Below are positions 17,071 to 27,900 of a stretch of DNA of 64,000 bases, one piece after another. The stretch lies in NCBI GenBank assembly GCA_964617515.1, contig CAZTXO010000005.1, forward strand, positions 98 through 64,097, written 5' to 3'. The first letter of the stretch is position 1; every line of letters starts with the position of its first letter. A model generated the notes under the pieces. It ran no database searches and was not told the DNA's origin. It worked only from the letters and a program-made list of their open reading frames with translations. This DNA comes from an uncultured Saprospiraceae bacterium. Its GTDB lineage: Bacteria; Bacteroidota; Bacteroidia; Chitinophagales; Saprospiraceae. Position numbers and translations under genes: made by a program.

Positions 17071-17074
17071 AATA

Positions 17075-17845
17075 ATGGAACCCACCCGAGGCCACCTCTA
17101 CACGGATCTCGTCAAAGCCGCGAAAGCAGGCCGCAAAAAACTGGCGGTCCTGATCGATCCGGATAAGATGCGTCTCAACAAGCTGGACCAGGTCATTGAG
17201 TTGTCTATTCACTGCCGGGTGGATTATTTTTTCGTGGGCGGAAGTCTGCTCGTCAATCCCCAGCTGGATCAGTGCCTGCGCTACATCCGTCAAAAATGCC
17301 AGATTCCCCTGGTGCTGTTTCCGGGCAATACGTATCAGATCAGTGCACAGGCGGATGCCCTATTGTTCCTGTCCCTGGTCTCCGGCCGGAATCCCGATCT
17401 GCTCATCGGTCAGCATGTCATCGCCGCGCCTTATCTCCGGATGAGCCCGCTGGAAGTGATCGCTACCGGCTACCTGCTGATCGATGGAGGCGTGCCGACC
17501 TCCGTTGAGTACATGAGTAATACGACGCCTATCCCCCATCACAAACCCGATATCGCGGTCGCCACGGCGATGGCTGCGGAAATGCTGGGAATGAAAATGA
17601 TTTACCTGGATGCAGGCAGCGGTGCTTCCAGGCCCGTCCACGCCGATATGATTGCCTCCGTCCGCGCGGCGGTCGCTATTCCGTTGATCGTCGGTGGCGG
17701 CATTACATCCCCGGAGCAAGTCCAGGAAAATCTCACCGCCGGAGCTGACGTTATCGTCATCGGTCATGCGTTTGAGCAGGATCCTACCCGGATGATCGAT
17801 ATGGCCGGTACCATTCACTCCCACAATTTTGCTCTGAATGTATAG
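17075..17845 (+). CDS. geranylgeranylglyceryl/heptaprenylglyceryl phosphate synthase family protein (PcrB/GGGPS-like)
   Basis: Motifs: DPDK, YFFVGGS, FPGN, YLLIDGG, IYLDAGSGA and PLIVGGGI, characteristic of the GGGPS/PcrB TIM barrel. Confidence 0.8.
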   Translation: MEPTRGHLYTDLVKAAKAGRKKLAVLIDPDKMRLNKLDQVIELSIHCRVDYFFVGGSLLVNPQLDQCLRYIRQKCQIPLVLFPGNTYQISAQADALLFLSLVSGRNPDLLIGQHVIAAPYLRMSPLEVIATGYLLIDGGVPTSVEYMSNTTPIPHHKPDIAVATAMAAEMLGMKMIYLDAGSGASRPVHADMIASVRAAVAIPLIVGGGITSPEQVQENLTAGADVIVIGHAFEQDPTRMIDMAGTIHSHNFALNV

Positions 17846-20627
17846 AGCGAGGCCAGCCGTTCTTTCTCTTCTCATTTTCCTCTGCTTCGGATCCACCTTC
17901 GCGCAATCCCATGGCCTGTTGCCCAGTCATGTCCGGTGGATGCGCCTGCATCATGACAGCCTGGATGTCCTCTTCCCCCAAGGGGAAGAGACTAAAGCAA
18001 GACGAGTTGCCTCCCTGATGCTGAGGCTGGCTGCCACGGATCCGATCACCGCTCATTCGCGATACAAACCCATTGCTGTACTTCTGCAACCTCAAACCAA
18101 TATTTCCAACGGCTATGTGGGCTTGGCGCCCTATGTCTCTGAATTCTACCTGGAGCCACACGAGAATCCGTTCGAACTCGGATCCCTGCCCTGGACCGAT
18201 CTGTTAGCCCTGCACGAATACCGGCATGTCCAGCAAGTCAATGCGGCGAATACCGGGATCAGTCACCTGGTCAAATTGATTTTTGGTGATCTTGTCTTCA
18301 GTGGTTTCTATGCGCTCTCCGTGCCAAACTGGTACCGCGAAGGAGATGCCGTCCTCACGGAAACCAAGTGGACTTCGCAGGGCCGGGGCAGGCTGAGCCA
18401 GTTTACGCTTCCCTTTTTCCAAAAAGCGATGGAAGGGGATCCCTGGGATTATTATAAGGTCCGCAACGGATCCTATAAGGAATTTACACCGGACTATTAC
18501 GCCCTCGGCTATATGATGATCACCTATGGGAATCAATTTTTCGGGGAAGATCCCTGGGATACCATCATGCATCATGCCCCCAGGTTTAAGCACCTGTTCA
18601 ATCCCTTTTCGGGACTCGTCAGGGATTATTATGGAAAATCGAATAAAGGGCTCTACCTGGATGCCATGCGTTGCTACCGGGATGAATGCAATGTGCTCCG
18701 CGTGCCGGATGTCCGTTATCCCACCATACCATTGCGTAAGCAGGACTTCGACCGGGATTATTTCGATATGACCTATCCTGTCGTGGATGAAGATGGAAAT
18801 GTCTATGCCGCGATCACCACCTTCGACCGCACGACGGGTATCTACCGGATCGATCCCGGCGGAAACCACACCAGGATCATTTCCATGGGCTGGCAAAAGG
18901 ACTCCTATTTCCACTATCGCCATCACCGTTTTGTCTGGACGGAACTCCGCTTTGATCCGCGCTGGCTGCGTAAAGATGAAAGCGTGATCGTCGTGTACGA
19001 TGAAGAAAAAAAGAAACGCAGCATCATCCGGCCGGAGAAGGGATATTTTACGCCTTCCCTGGATGAGCAGGGAACGCGGATTGTCGCCCTGCATGAGAGT
19101 GCAACTGGTCACTACACGTTGCGTATCCTCGATGCCGTATCCGGTACGTTGCTTCGCGAACTGCCCAATCCGGAAAATCGCTACCTGGGCTATCCTGTTT
19201 TCGGATCGGATGGCACTTCCGTCATCGCCACGGCCCGAAACGCAAAAGGTCAGATGTGCCTTTTGCGGCAGGATATCCTCACGGGTGAATTCAGAAAACT
19301 GACGGAGGAGAGTTATTCCATCCTGGGGAAACCCTTTGAGTTCGGTCGTTGGATATTGCTCACCACCGGCGTAAGCATGCTCAACCAGGTTTTTGCCGTG
19401 GATCAGCAGGACGGTCTCTTCTACCAGGTGAGCAGCGGCAACAATACGCATTATGACCCTGTCTGGGATCCGGCTCACCACGTCATCCTCTGTTCGGAAT
19501 ACCGGCTAAACGGGAAAAAACTCGTCATGCTACCGGGCGATCCGGCTCAATGGAAGTTGACCAGCCTGTCCGATGGCATCCGTGACTTCAGCGGGTTGGC
19601 AGGCAGGGATTTGTTACAGGAACCGGACCGGACAGAAGGGTTTGAGGTCCGTCGCTATTCGTCCTGGGCTGAACCGGTTCATTTTCATAGCTGGATTGTC
19701 ACAGCCAACGATCCTGTCTGGGGCGTTGAGGCCAGGTCAGATAATAAACTCAACACGGTTTCCCTGGCAGCCGGGTATGATTACAACCGGAACACCAAAG
19801 CAAAAGGCCCTTATCTCGGGGTCACCCTGAGCATGTACTATCCACAGCTCACCTTTGGTATCAGTCGCAATACCCGGGAGCTGCGGGACAACCAGGACCG
19901 GCAATACAAGCGGTACCTGGATGAGATCTACGGAGGCATCGCGCTCCCGTTGCGCTTTACGCATCATGTATACAGTCAGACGCTGTTGCTTTCCACCACC
20001 TATAGCGCCGGTTTTCGAAGCCTCAAACCCGAATTGCCCGGGGAGAACTATGATTTCAATTATCTCCATTCCAGGCTGGTGTTGATCAACAGCCGTAAGC
20101 TGGCCTTCCGGCAATCCATGCCCACCTGGGGTCAGCGCCTCGATGTCAGTTTTTCACACCAGGTCTCCGGCATACCGATTTCGCAACTTTATCTGGCCAC
20201 GGATCTGGCCCTGCCGTCTTTCACGCCTTCCCATTATATTCACGTGCAGGGAGAAGCCCTTGTCCAGGAATTGGAAGAAGGCTCGTTGCAACTCAACAGT
20301 AGCTTCGCCGGGGCAAGAGGATTTCCCTATGTCGAAGGAGAGAAGCAGTACCGGCTGGGGATCACCTATGGATTTCCGGTATGGTATCCGGACCGTGGTT
20401 TGGGCAATATTTTCTATACCCGCCGCATTCGCTTACAGCCTTTCTTTGACATGGCGTACGTACGGGGTGCTGCCAACAAGGAAGAAATGACAAGCGCAGG
20501 AATGGAAATGATCCTGGATTTCAAATTTCCCCCGGTTTCGGTGGGAATACGCTACGCACGGCTGTTGTCCGGGCAATTTGGAAATGCTAACCAGTTTGAA
20601 TTTTTCATTCCCGCACAACGCTTCTGA
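17838..20627 (+). CDS. large exported protein: N-terminal gluzincin-like HExxH module, central propeller-like region, C-terminal barrel-like region ending in Phe
   Basis: Has a signal peptide. HEYRH is at nt 18213-18227, followed by PNWYREGDA (Glu at 18339-18341). The C-terminus, ...FEFFIPAQRF, has alternating strands. The ORF overlaps the upstream gene by 8 nt and abuts rsgA. Confidence 0.5.
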   Translation: MYRARPAVLSLLIFLCFGSTFAQSHGLLPSHVRWMRLHHDSLDVLFPQGEETKARRVASLMLRLAATDPITAHSRYKPIAVLLQPQTNISNGYVGLAPYVSEFYLEPHENPFELGSLPWTDLLALHEYRHVQQVNAANTGISHLVKLIFGDLVFSGFYALSVPNWYREGDAVLTETKWTSQGRGRLSQFTLPFFQKAMEGDPWDYYKVRNGSYKEFTPDYYALGYMMITYGNQFFGEDPWDTIMHHAPRFKHLFNPFSGLVRDYYGKSNKGLYLDAMRCYRDECNVLRVPDVRYPTIPLRKQDFDRDYFDMTYPVVDEDGNVYAAITTFDRTTGIYRIDPGGNHTRIISMGWQKDSYFHYRHHRFVWTELRFDPRWLRKDESVIVVYDEEKKKRSIIRPEKGYFTPSLDEQGTRIVALHESATGHYTLRILDAVSGTLLRELPNPENRYLGYPVFGSDGTSVIATARNAKGQMCLLRQDILTGEFRKLTEESYSILGKPFEFGRWILLTTGVSMLNQVFAVDQQDGLFYQVSSGNNTHYDPVWDPAHHVILCSEYRLNGKKLVMLPGDPAQWKLTSLSDGIRDFSGLAGRDLLQEPDRTEGFEVRRYSSWAEPVHFHSWIVTANDPVWGVEARSDNKLNTVSLAAGYDYNRNTKAKGPYLGVTLSMYYPQLTFGISRNTRELRDNQDRQYKRYLDEIYGGIALPLRFTHHVYSQTLLLSTTYSAGFRSLKPELPGENYDFNYLHSRLVLINSRKLAFRQSMPTWGQRLDVSFSHQVSGIPISQLYLATDLALPSFTPSHYIHVQGEALVQELEEGSLQLNSSFAGARGFPYVEGEKQYRLGITYGFPVWYPDRGLGNIFYTRRIRLQPFFDMAYVRGAANKEEMTSAGMEMILDFKFPPVSVGIRYARLLSGQFGNANQFEFFIPAQRF

Positions 20628-21575
20628 ATGAAAGGGACAGTCGTCAAAGTCACGGGAAGCTGGCACGAAGTCCGGATACCGGACAGGGGCCTCATTCCCT
20701 GCCGGATCATCGGGAAACTACGTCTCGAAGACATCAAGACGACCAACCCCGTTGGTGTCGGCGACGAGGTGGAAATGGAATTCGAGCCCGGCGATCTGAG
20801 CAAGGGTATCATCACAGAGGTCCTGCCAAGGCGAAACTATATCGTCCGACAGTCTCCGCGTAAAAAACATGAACTCCACCTCCTGGCCGCCAATGTTGAT
20901 CAGGCAGTGCTCGTGACGACGATCATTCAGCCTAATCTCAAGATGGGTTTTATCGATCGCTTCCTGCTGATGACCGAACCGCACAACCTGCCGGTCATCA
21001 TCGTCATCAATAAACATGATCTGCTCGGAGAGGAGGAACTGGAAATTCTCGGCGGGCTCAAAGTCATGTATGAGGACATTGGCTATGAAGTGATGAGTTG
21101 TTCCTCCCTGACCGGATACGGTATTGCGGCACTCATCGATAAACTGAAAGACAAAACCACCCTGATCGCGGGCCAGTCCGGAGTGGGTAAATCCACGCTG
21201 GTCAATACCATTCAACCCGGGCTCGGACTGAAGACCGAAGAAATATCGGACTACTCGGGCAAGGGACAGCATACGACCACTTTTGCGGAAATGTTCACGC
21301 TCGAGACAGGCGGATATATCATCGATACGCCGGGGATCAAGATGCTCTCTTTTAACAACCTGGAGCCAATGGATGTGGCGCACAATTTCCGTGAATTTTT
21401 TGCCGTCTCTTCTGCCTGCAAATACCCGGATTGCCTGCATCGCGGCGAACCGGGCTGCGCGGTCCGGCTCGGCGTGGAGGGGGGCAGCCTGTCCCCGCTT
21501 CGCTATGAGCATTACCTGCAGATCCTCTCGGAAATCGAAGAGCAGAATTACTGGGAAAGGCATAAAGATTTATGA
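20628..21575 (+). CDS. rsgA: ribosome small-subunit-dependent GTPase A
   Basis: Circularly permuted GTPase motifs VINKHD and GQSGVGKSTLVN. C-terminal zinc knuckle CKYPDCLHRGEPGC. Confidence 0.92.
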   Translation: MKGTVVKVTGSWHEVRIPDRGLIPCRIIGKLRLEDIKTTNPVGVGDEVEMEFEPGDLSKGIITEVLPRRNYIVRQSPRKKHELHLLAANVDQAVLVTTIIQPNLKMGFIDRFLLMTEPHNLPVIIVINKHDLLGEEELEILGGLKVMYEDIGYEVMSCSSLTGYGIAALIDKLKDKTTLIAGQSGVGKSTLVNTIQPGLGLKTEEISDYSGKGQHTTTFAEMFTLETGGYIIDTPGIKMLSFNNLEPMDVAHNFREFFAVSSACKYPDCLHRGEPGCAVRLGVEGGSLSPLRYEHYLQILSEIEEQNYWERHKDL

Positions 21576-22612
21576 GCAGGAGTAAAAGGATTTGGATAGT
21601 CTCCGGATCCATCGTGTTGGTATTGGGGATAACCTATCTTTTGGGTCCGCGGGCAGAGAAGCCGGATTTTTCATCCCTTCGTTTTCGTCCGGCCAATCCT
21701 GATCTGAACTTGCTGGAAGACAGTATCCGCCGGACTGAATCCTCCCTGCCGCTCAGACCCGATAATGAAGCGAGGATCATCTGGGCGAAGCCCTATGCGA
21801 GGACCCGGTACTGCATCGTCTATCTGCCCGGTAACGGCGCTTCCCAGGAAGAAGGGGATCCGATCCATGAAGCTATCGCGCACCGGTACGGATGCAACCT
21901 TTTCCTGGCACGTCCGGCAGAGCATGGCCTGGTGAAGGAAGATCCGATGCTGCATGTCGACGCGGCAACCTGGATGCAGTCCGCCCTCGATGCTATTTCC
22001 GTGGGCCGCGTGATAGGGGACAGCGTTATCCTCATGACCTGTTCGACCGGCAGTACATTGGGTTTGTATGTTGAAGCTTCTTTTCCCGGTTTGATCGCTG
22101 CCCACATCCTGTTATCCCCCAATATCGATATGCATGATCCGCGATCTTCCCTGCTGATCCGGCCCTGGGGTTTGCAACTCGCCCGGCTGATCATGGGCAG
22201 TAAATATTATGGATGGGAGTCGCCACCACCAGCAACGCCATACTGGTACACCCGGTACCGCATCGAAGGCTTGGTCACGCTCAAAGCGATGATCAACGCG
22301 GCCATGGTTCCTGCCACCTTCCGGCAGATTCATGACCCTGTCTTTATGGCCTATTATTACAAGGATGCGCAACACCAGGACGATGTCGTATCGGTACCCC
22401 GGATGCTGGAGATGTATGCACAACTTGGCACTCCTGCCGCGCTGAAGCGGGAGGTCGCGCTGCCGGATGCCGGTACACACATCATCGCTTCAGACATGTT
22501 CAATACGCATCTTGAGTCTCTGTGGATACCGCTGACGGCGTATTGTGAACAAATCCTGAAATTAGCGGTGGCGGACAGCACAGACTGGAAGCCTTTTTTA
22601 GATCCTCGGTAA
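21572..22612 (+). CDS. membrane-anchored alpha/beta-hydrolase-like protein
   Basis: Has an N-terminal TM helix. VYLPGNGAS and LMTCSTGSTLG form a nucleophile-elbow-like pattern. The start overlaps the rsgA stop (ATGA). Confidence 0.45.
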   Translation: MSRSKRIWIVSGSIVLVLGITYLLGPRAEKPDFSSLRFRPANPDLNLLEDSIRRTESSLPLRPDNEARIIWAKPYARTRYCIVYLPGNGASQEEGDPIHEAIAHRYGCNLFLARPAEHGLVKEDPMLHVDAATWMQSALDAISVGRVIGDSVILMTCSTGSTLGLYVEASFPGLIAAHILLSPNIDMHDPRSSLLIRPWGLQLARLIMGSKYYGWESPPPATPYWYTRYRIEGLVTLKAMINAAMVPATFRQIHDPVFMAYYYKDAQHQDDVVSVPRMLEMYAQLGTPAALKREVALPDAGTHIIASDMFNTHLESLWIPLTAYCEQILKLAVADSTDWKPFLDPR

Positions 22613-22628
22613 TCCTCAATCTTTCCTC

Positions 22629-23513
22629 TTGTCACGCATCTATCCGGCTAAGTTGCTTTTGTTTGGAGAATACACGGTACTCCACGGCTCGCAGGCCCTG
22701 GCGGTTCCGCTGCATCATTGGAGCGGCCATTGGGAAAAATTTCAGGCGGCCGATCCCCCAAAACCTTCGCCCTATTTCGAATGGCTGATGCAGAAAGGAC
22801 TGATTTCAAAAATGATTTTTGAAAAAATGGAATCAGACTTGTCGGAGGGTTGGTCCTTTGTGTCGGATATGCCCTGGGGATATGGCGTGGGAAGTTCAGG
22901 GGCATACGTGGCCGCGCTTTACGATCGATATGTCGCCGATGACCAACCTACCGCAAAAATGGGGGCATCGGACTTTCTCGCCCAGATGGAATCCTATTTT
23001 CATGGCACGAGTTCCGGGATGGATCCCTTAGTCTCCTATATGGACCAGGCGGTACTGAAAGATCCCGCGGGCGTGTTTTCCTGCATCTCGGATCCCGGGT
23101 GGCCACAAGGATGGAACATCTATTTGCTCGACAGCGGCGCGGGCAGGACCACCGGCTCTTTGGTCAACGATTACAAACAATGGATGAAACGGGAGGATTT
23201 CAGACGAAGCATCCATCGCGAGTTGATCCCTGTGGTGGAACATGCCATTCATTTTTATCTCCTGGGAGTTGACGTCATGTTGGCCGATTGTTTAGCGGTG
23301 ATTTCTGGTTATCAGCGGGAATACTTTGAGCCCATGATACCCGGATCCGTCCGGGACAAATGGGATCAGCTGTCTGCCCGGCCGGGAGTGCATGTCAAGC
23401 TCTGTGGTGCCGGCGGGGGTGGCTATTATCTCGTCATCGATACCATTGGGCATCTCTCGCCAGATGAACCGCTTGTCCTCGTGCAGAGACAGGAAAGGCA
23501 GAAGACGTCATAA
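22629..23513 (+). CDS. GHMP-family kinase, mevalonate-kinase-like
   Basis: N-terminal AKLLLFGEYTVLHGSQALAVPL and the GHMP motif PWGYGVGSSGAYVAAL. TTG start. Confidence 0.65.
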   Translation: MSRIYPAKLLLFGEYTVLHGSQALAVPLHHWSGHWEKFQAADPPKPSPYFEWLMQKGLISKMIFEKMESDLSEGWSFVSDMPWGYGVGSSGAYVAALYDRYVADDQPTAKMGASDFLAQMESYFHGTSSGMDPLVSYMDQAVLKDPAGVFSCISDPGWPQGWNIYLLDSGAGRTTGSLVNDYKQWMKREDFRRSIHRELIPVVEHAIHFYLLGVDVMLADCLAVISGYQREYFEPMIPGSVRDKWDQLSARPGVHVKLCGAGGGGYYLVIDTIGHLSPDEPLVLVQRQERQKTS

Positions 23514-23574
23514 CGAAAGGAAGGGTGTACCTGAACAAAAACGAAATATATTTTCCCCATAATTATTCACCACG

Positions 23575-23595
23575 CACAATTCACAATTCACAATT
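23575..23595 (+). repeat. 7-nt tandem repeat (cacaatt x3)
   Basis: Three exact units sit in the spacer upstream of recX, flanked by related caccac words. Confidence 0.8.
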
Positions 23596-23621
23596 CACCA
23601 CTCACTTCTACCCCCGTCTCC

Positions 23622-24074
23622 ATGCACACCCAGGTTCTCTCCAAAATCATGAAATACTGTGCAAGAACTGAGCACTGCACCGCTGATGTCATTCGTAAAC
23701 TGGGGGAATGGGAAGTCGGCGAAAAAGAAGCAGAAGAAATCCTGCAGGTCCTGTACCAGGAAAAATTTGTGGACGATGCCCGGTATGCCTTGAATTTTGT
23801 GAGAGAAAAATGGAATCTTTACCGGTGGGGTAAAAATAAAATACGGCACCACCTCGAAGTAAAAGAAATACCAGACACCCTGATCGATCGATCCCTGGCC
23901 TCCATTGCGGAAGATGACTATCTGGAACAGTTGGATACGCTGATGCAAGCCAGGCGAAGAGAAGTCTCATCAGCCGACCGGCAGGAAGTGTTTCGCCAAC
24001 TGGCGGCGTTTGCCATCGGCAGAGGATTTGAAGAAGACTACGTGGAAGCGTGGATTGATCAGCATTCAACCTAG
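23622..24074 (+). CDS. recX: RecX-family regulatory protein
   Basis: 150 aa with a repeated three-helix pattern. Motifs: KIMKYCARTEHCTADVIRKL and FVDDARYALNFVREK. Confidence 0.75.
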   Translation: MHTQVLSKIMKYCARTEHCTADVIRKLGEWEVGEKEAEEILQVLYQEKFVDDARYALNFVREKWNLYRWGKNKIRHHLEVKEIPDTLIDRSLASIAEDDYLEQLDTLMQARRREVSSADRQEVFRQLAAFAIGRGFEEDYVEAWIDQHST

Positions 24075-24128
24075 CCGCGTGACAACCAATGGCCAAGTGA
24101 ATCGGTTTCTATCATGGAATAGCGACAA

Positions 24129-24899
24129 GTGAAACTTTATCATAAACTCTATGGCTCCGGGCCGCCCCTGATGATCCTCCACGGTCTGTTTGGACTCGGA
24201 GACAACTGGCGGACCATCGCGCGCATGCTTGAAAGCGAATACCTGTCCATCCTGGTCGATCTTCGTAATCATGGCCGGTCCCCGCATGATCCCGTCATGA
24301 ACCTCGAGATCATGGCTGCGGATGTGATGGAACTCGCGGATGATCTCGAACTGGAATCCATCCTCGTCCTGGGGCATTCGCTGGGCGGAAAGGTGGCGAT
24401 GCAAATGGCCGTCCAATATCCCGAGCGCATCGACAAGCTTATCGTTGTCGACATTGCTCCCAGGGTGTATCCTCCGCATCATGCAACTGTCATGGCGGCC
24501 ATCGAGGCACTGGATCCGGGTGCCGTTACCTCCCGCGAGGAGGCCGAAACGGTATTGCGTCGCTATCTGGGTTCGGATGAATCCACGGTACAATTTCTCA
24601 TGAAAAATATCTCCCGCACCGAATCGGGGGGGTTGGCATGGAAAGCCAATATGCCCGGCATCATCCATGCCTATCCGGAGCTGATGGCCAATATTGTACA
24701 CTTCCATCCATATCTCGGTCCCGTTCTATTTGTGAAAGGAGCCCGATCCGGGTACGTGGGGGAAGATGACATGCCCGCTATCCTCCAGATTTTTCCCAGA
24801 GCAAGCCTGGTGACTGTGCCGGATGCCGGTCATTGGGTTCATGCGGACAATCCGGCTGGTCTCCTGCAGGCGATCCTGCCTTTCATCCGGCATACCTGA
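24129..24899 (+). CDS. alpha/beta hydrolase
   Basis: HGLFG oxyanion motif, GHSLGG nucleophile elbow and C-terminal DAGHWVH. Confidence 0.85.
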   Translation: MKLYHKLYGSGPPLMILHGLFGLGDNWRTIARMLESEYLSILVDLRNHGRSPHDPVMNLEIMAADVMELADDLELESILVLGHSLGGKVAMQMAVQYPERIDKLIVVDIAPRVYPPHHATVMAAIEALDPGAVTSREEAETVLRRYLGSDESTVQFLMKNISRTESGGLAWKANMPGIIHAYPELMANIVHFHPYLGPVLFVKGARSGYVGEDDMPAILQIFPRASLVTVPDAGHWVHADNPAGLLQAILPFIRHT

Positions 24900-24991
24900 T
24901 TGATTGTCAGGCCTGCCACCAGGCCCATTCTTGTCTTTTTGCCCCCGAAAGGCTAACTTTGAAGACTATTTTCAGTCCCACACAATTGTGT

Positions 24992-27900
24992 ATGAGAACA
25001 AAGGTTTACCTGTTTCTCCTCCTTTCTTTTTTTTCCATGTCCAGGATCCCGGCCCAGATGGTTGTGGGTCCCGATACGCTTGTGGGGACTGAGTGGATCC
25101 GCTACGACCAGGATTACTATCGGTTTACCATCCCGGAGGATGGCGTCTACCGGATTACGGCATCAGATCTTCAGGGTGCCGGTATCGATCCGGGCCAGGT
25201 CACCGGACAATCGGTGCGATTGTATTCGTTAGGGCAACAGGTACCTGTTTTTGTGAGCACCGATGATGCTTTTGGCCCGGATGATTATATCGAGTTTTTC
25301 GGCTATCGCAATCGTGGCGAAATGGATCGTTTCCTCTTTTATCATCCACAAGCCGATATGCTCAATCCGCTGCATAGCCTCTATACCGATCAGCGCCCAT
25401 ATTATCTCAAGTTTGAAGGGACGGATCCACCGTTGCGGGTCATCCAGGTGCCAAACGTGCTGAATAATCCTCCCGCCCCAATTCCCTTTTACATTCATAC
25501 GGAACAACAGGTATTCACGACTTCCCTGCATGACCCCTATTTTCCGGTGGCGGACGGGGGCGCCGTATCCTACTCCAGTTACATTCATGGCGAAGGCTTC
25601 AGCAAAGGGCTGGAGGCCACCAGCACGGTCAATATCCCGGCGACGGATCCGGCTTCTTCGGGGCCGGATGCCCTTGTTCATCTGCGATTTGCCTCCGCCA
25701 ATTACCAATCCCATTCGTTTCCTGTTTATTGGAACGAGCAACTCATTTTTACGCTCCGCGCCATAGACATCGAGATCATCGATACGTTTTTCACCGTTCC
25801 CTCTGCCTCCCTGCTGTCCGGCAATCAGTTAAAAATCAACAGCAATAACGCGCTGAGCAGGCTTGCGCTGGCGGAAGTGACCCTGACCTATCCGCGGCTT
25901 GTCTCTGCCGCCAATGCTTCGGTGATGACCATGACACTTCCGACAGCAGGAGCAGATGTGTACGCTGTCGTGGATGCTTTTCATCACCAGGGTACATCCC
26001 CCATCCTGTATACTGCGGATGGAAAGTACCGCATGATGGCCGAAATCAATGGGCAAAATCAGGTGCATTTTCTCTGGCCCAAATCCAGCACGGCGACCAC
26101 GATTGTCATGCTGGATCCCGCGACCCAGGTCCGACCAATCGGTGCGTTAACCAAAAAACGATTTACGGACATAACAGCTGATGATACAGAGTACATCATC
26201 ATTACACATCCGGATCTCATGGATCCGGGGACTTCCAGCGATTATGTGCAGTACCGTATGTCCCCGGCAGGAGGGAACTATCGGGCCAAGGCATACTCCA
26301 TCCTCGATCTCTACGACCAATTTGGCTATGGGATTGAAAAACATCCGCAAGCCATCCGCAATTTTGTGGAATTCATCCACCGCCACTGGACCTCTGCCAA
26401 GATGATTTTCATCGTTGGACGGGCCATCGAATACAACCGGTCCCGATATGCCGGTGGGGGTTGGGAGCCTTATTTCTTTGTCCCGACATTTGGACGCCCC
26501 GGTGGGGACAACCTGCTTGCCGCCACGGTCTGGGACCTGGTGCCCCGATACCCGGTCGGACGGCTTGCGGCCACAAACCGGGATGCGGTTCATCTATACC
26601 TGGATAAAGTCAGAGAACACGATATGGCGGTGGCCCAGGGAGCCCAGACACTCGGGGATAAGTCCTGGATCAAAAATGTCATGCATATCGCCGGGGGCAA
26701 AACGGCAGATGAACAAGTTGGATTCCGGGCAACCCTGGACCAGTTGGGAGAGGAATTAGCTGCGTCTGATTTTGGCGCCAGGATATACCATTTTCAAAAA
26801 GAATCCTCTGATATCATCGGGGAATCCCAGTCCAAGCAGATTGAAAAATTGCTGCATGACGGCTGCAGTATCCTCAATTACCTGGGGCATTCCTCGGCCA
26901 GCACGTTTGAGTTTACCATCAATGATGCAGCCGAGTGGAACAACAAGGGTCGTTATCCCATCTTCAGCGCGATGGGCTGCAGTGCCGGACAAATACATGG
27001 GACCAACTACAGCCTGAGTGACCGGTATGTGCAGATTGCGGACGAAGGGGCGATTGCCTTTATCTCCGGATCAGGTTCACAATTCCCAGGCGCGCTTGTT
27101 TCCTGGGCTCGGCCGTGGTATGACTATATCGGTAACCTGGCCTATGGAAGCACGCTCGGCGAATCTATCCTGTATGGGTTGCAGGCGGTCAGCCATTTTG
27201 TTGAAGTCGGGTACACAGTTTCTAATCCGTTCCGTTTTTTACTGGAGCAGCAAACTTTCCAGGGAGACCCCGCCCTTCGCGTCAATCCTCTGCCCGGACC
27301 GGATTACCTGGTCGACCGTGCTTCTGTCTCGCTCACGCCGGAGATTCTCAATACCGCACTGGATAGTTTTACCCTGCAGTTCTCCATTTTCAATATCGGC
27401 CGTAACCTCCGGCAGGAGACAACCTGCCGGGCGAAGTTGCAATACCCGGATGGTTCCGAATCCGTGATCCTGCAGGATACATTTTCAGCGGACCGTTTCG
27501 AATCCATCCTTCGTCATCGCCTGCCGATGATTGCCGGATTGAAGCCGGGATCCTACCGGTTGCTCATCTCCGTGGATCCGGACCAACAAATCGCTGAGCT
27601 CCCGGCTCCGGACGCGGAAAGCAACAATGATCTCCGCGATAACCTTGGTGTGGAAGGAATCCAGATCGTGCTGCTGAGCAATGTCGTCACGGCCGTCTAT
27701 CCGGATGATTACGCGATTGTCAATAAGGCACCGGTCCTGGTCGCCTCCAGCAGCAATGCCTTCGCTTCTCCCCAAAATATTCACTTCGAAGTGGATACTA
27801 CGGCCCTCTTTAACAGCCCGCTCCGGATCCGGGAAGTATTTCCAGGTCATGGCGCTTTGCTCAAATGGAGTCCGCCGCTCAACTGGATCGACAATACAGT

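Noticed and set aside
18204-19481. Long antisense ORFs in the track. Examples: 18204-19481 (425 aa), 60849-61757, 58140-59153, 57610-58368, 20718-21563, 44315-45115, 43163-43855, 3588-4373, 2739-3449, 1646-2350, 24066-24707, 39412-40020, 8907-9557 and 33560-34090.
   Set aside because: In every case the opposite strand carries a protein with clear family motifs, such as RsgA, RNase G, YicC, Gmk, GH3 and SusD. The antisense translations are low-complexity (R/G/P/H-rich) with no recognisable motifs. They are most likely a by-product of codon bias.
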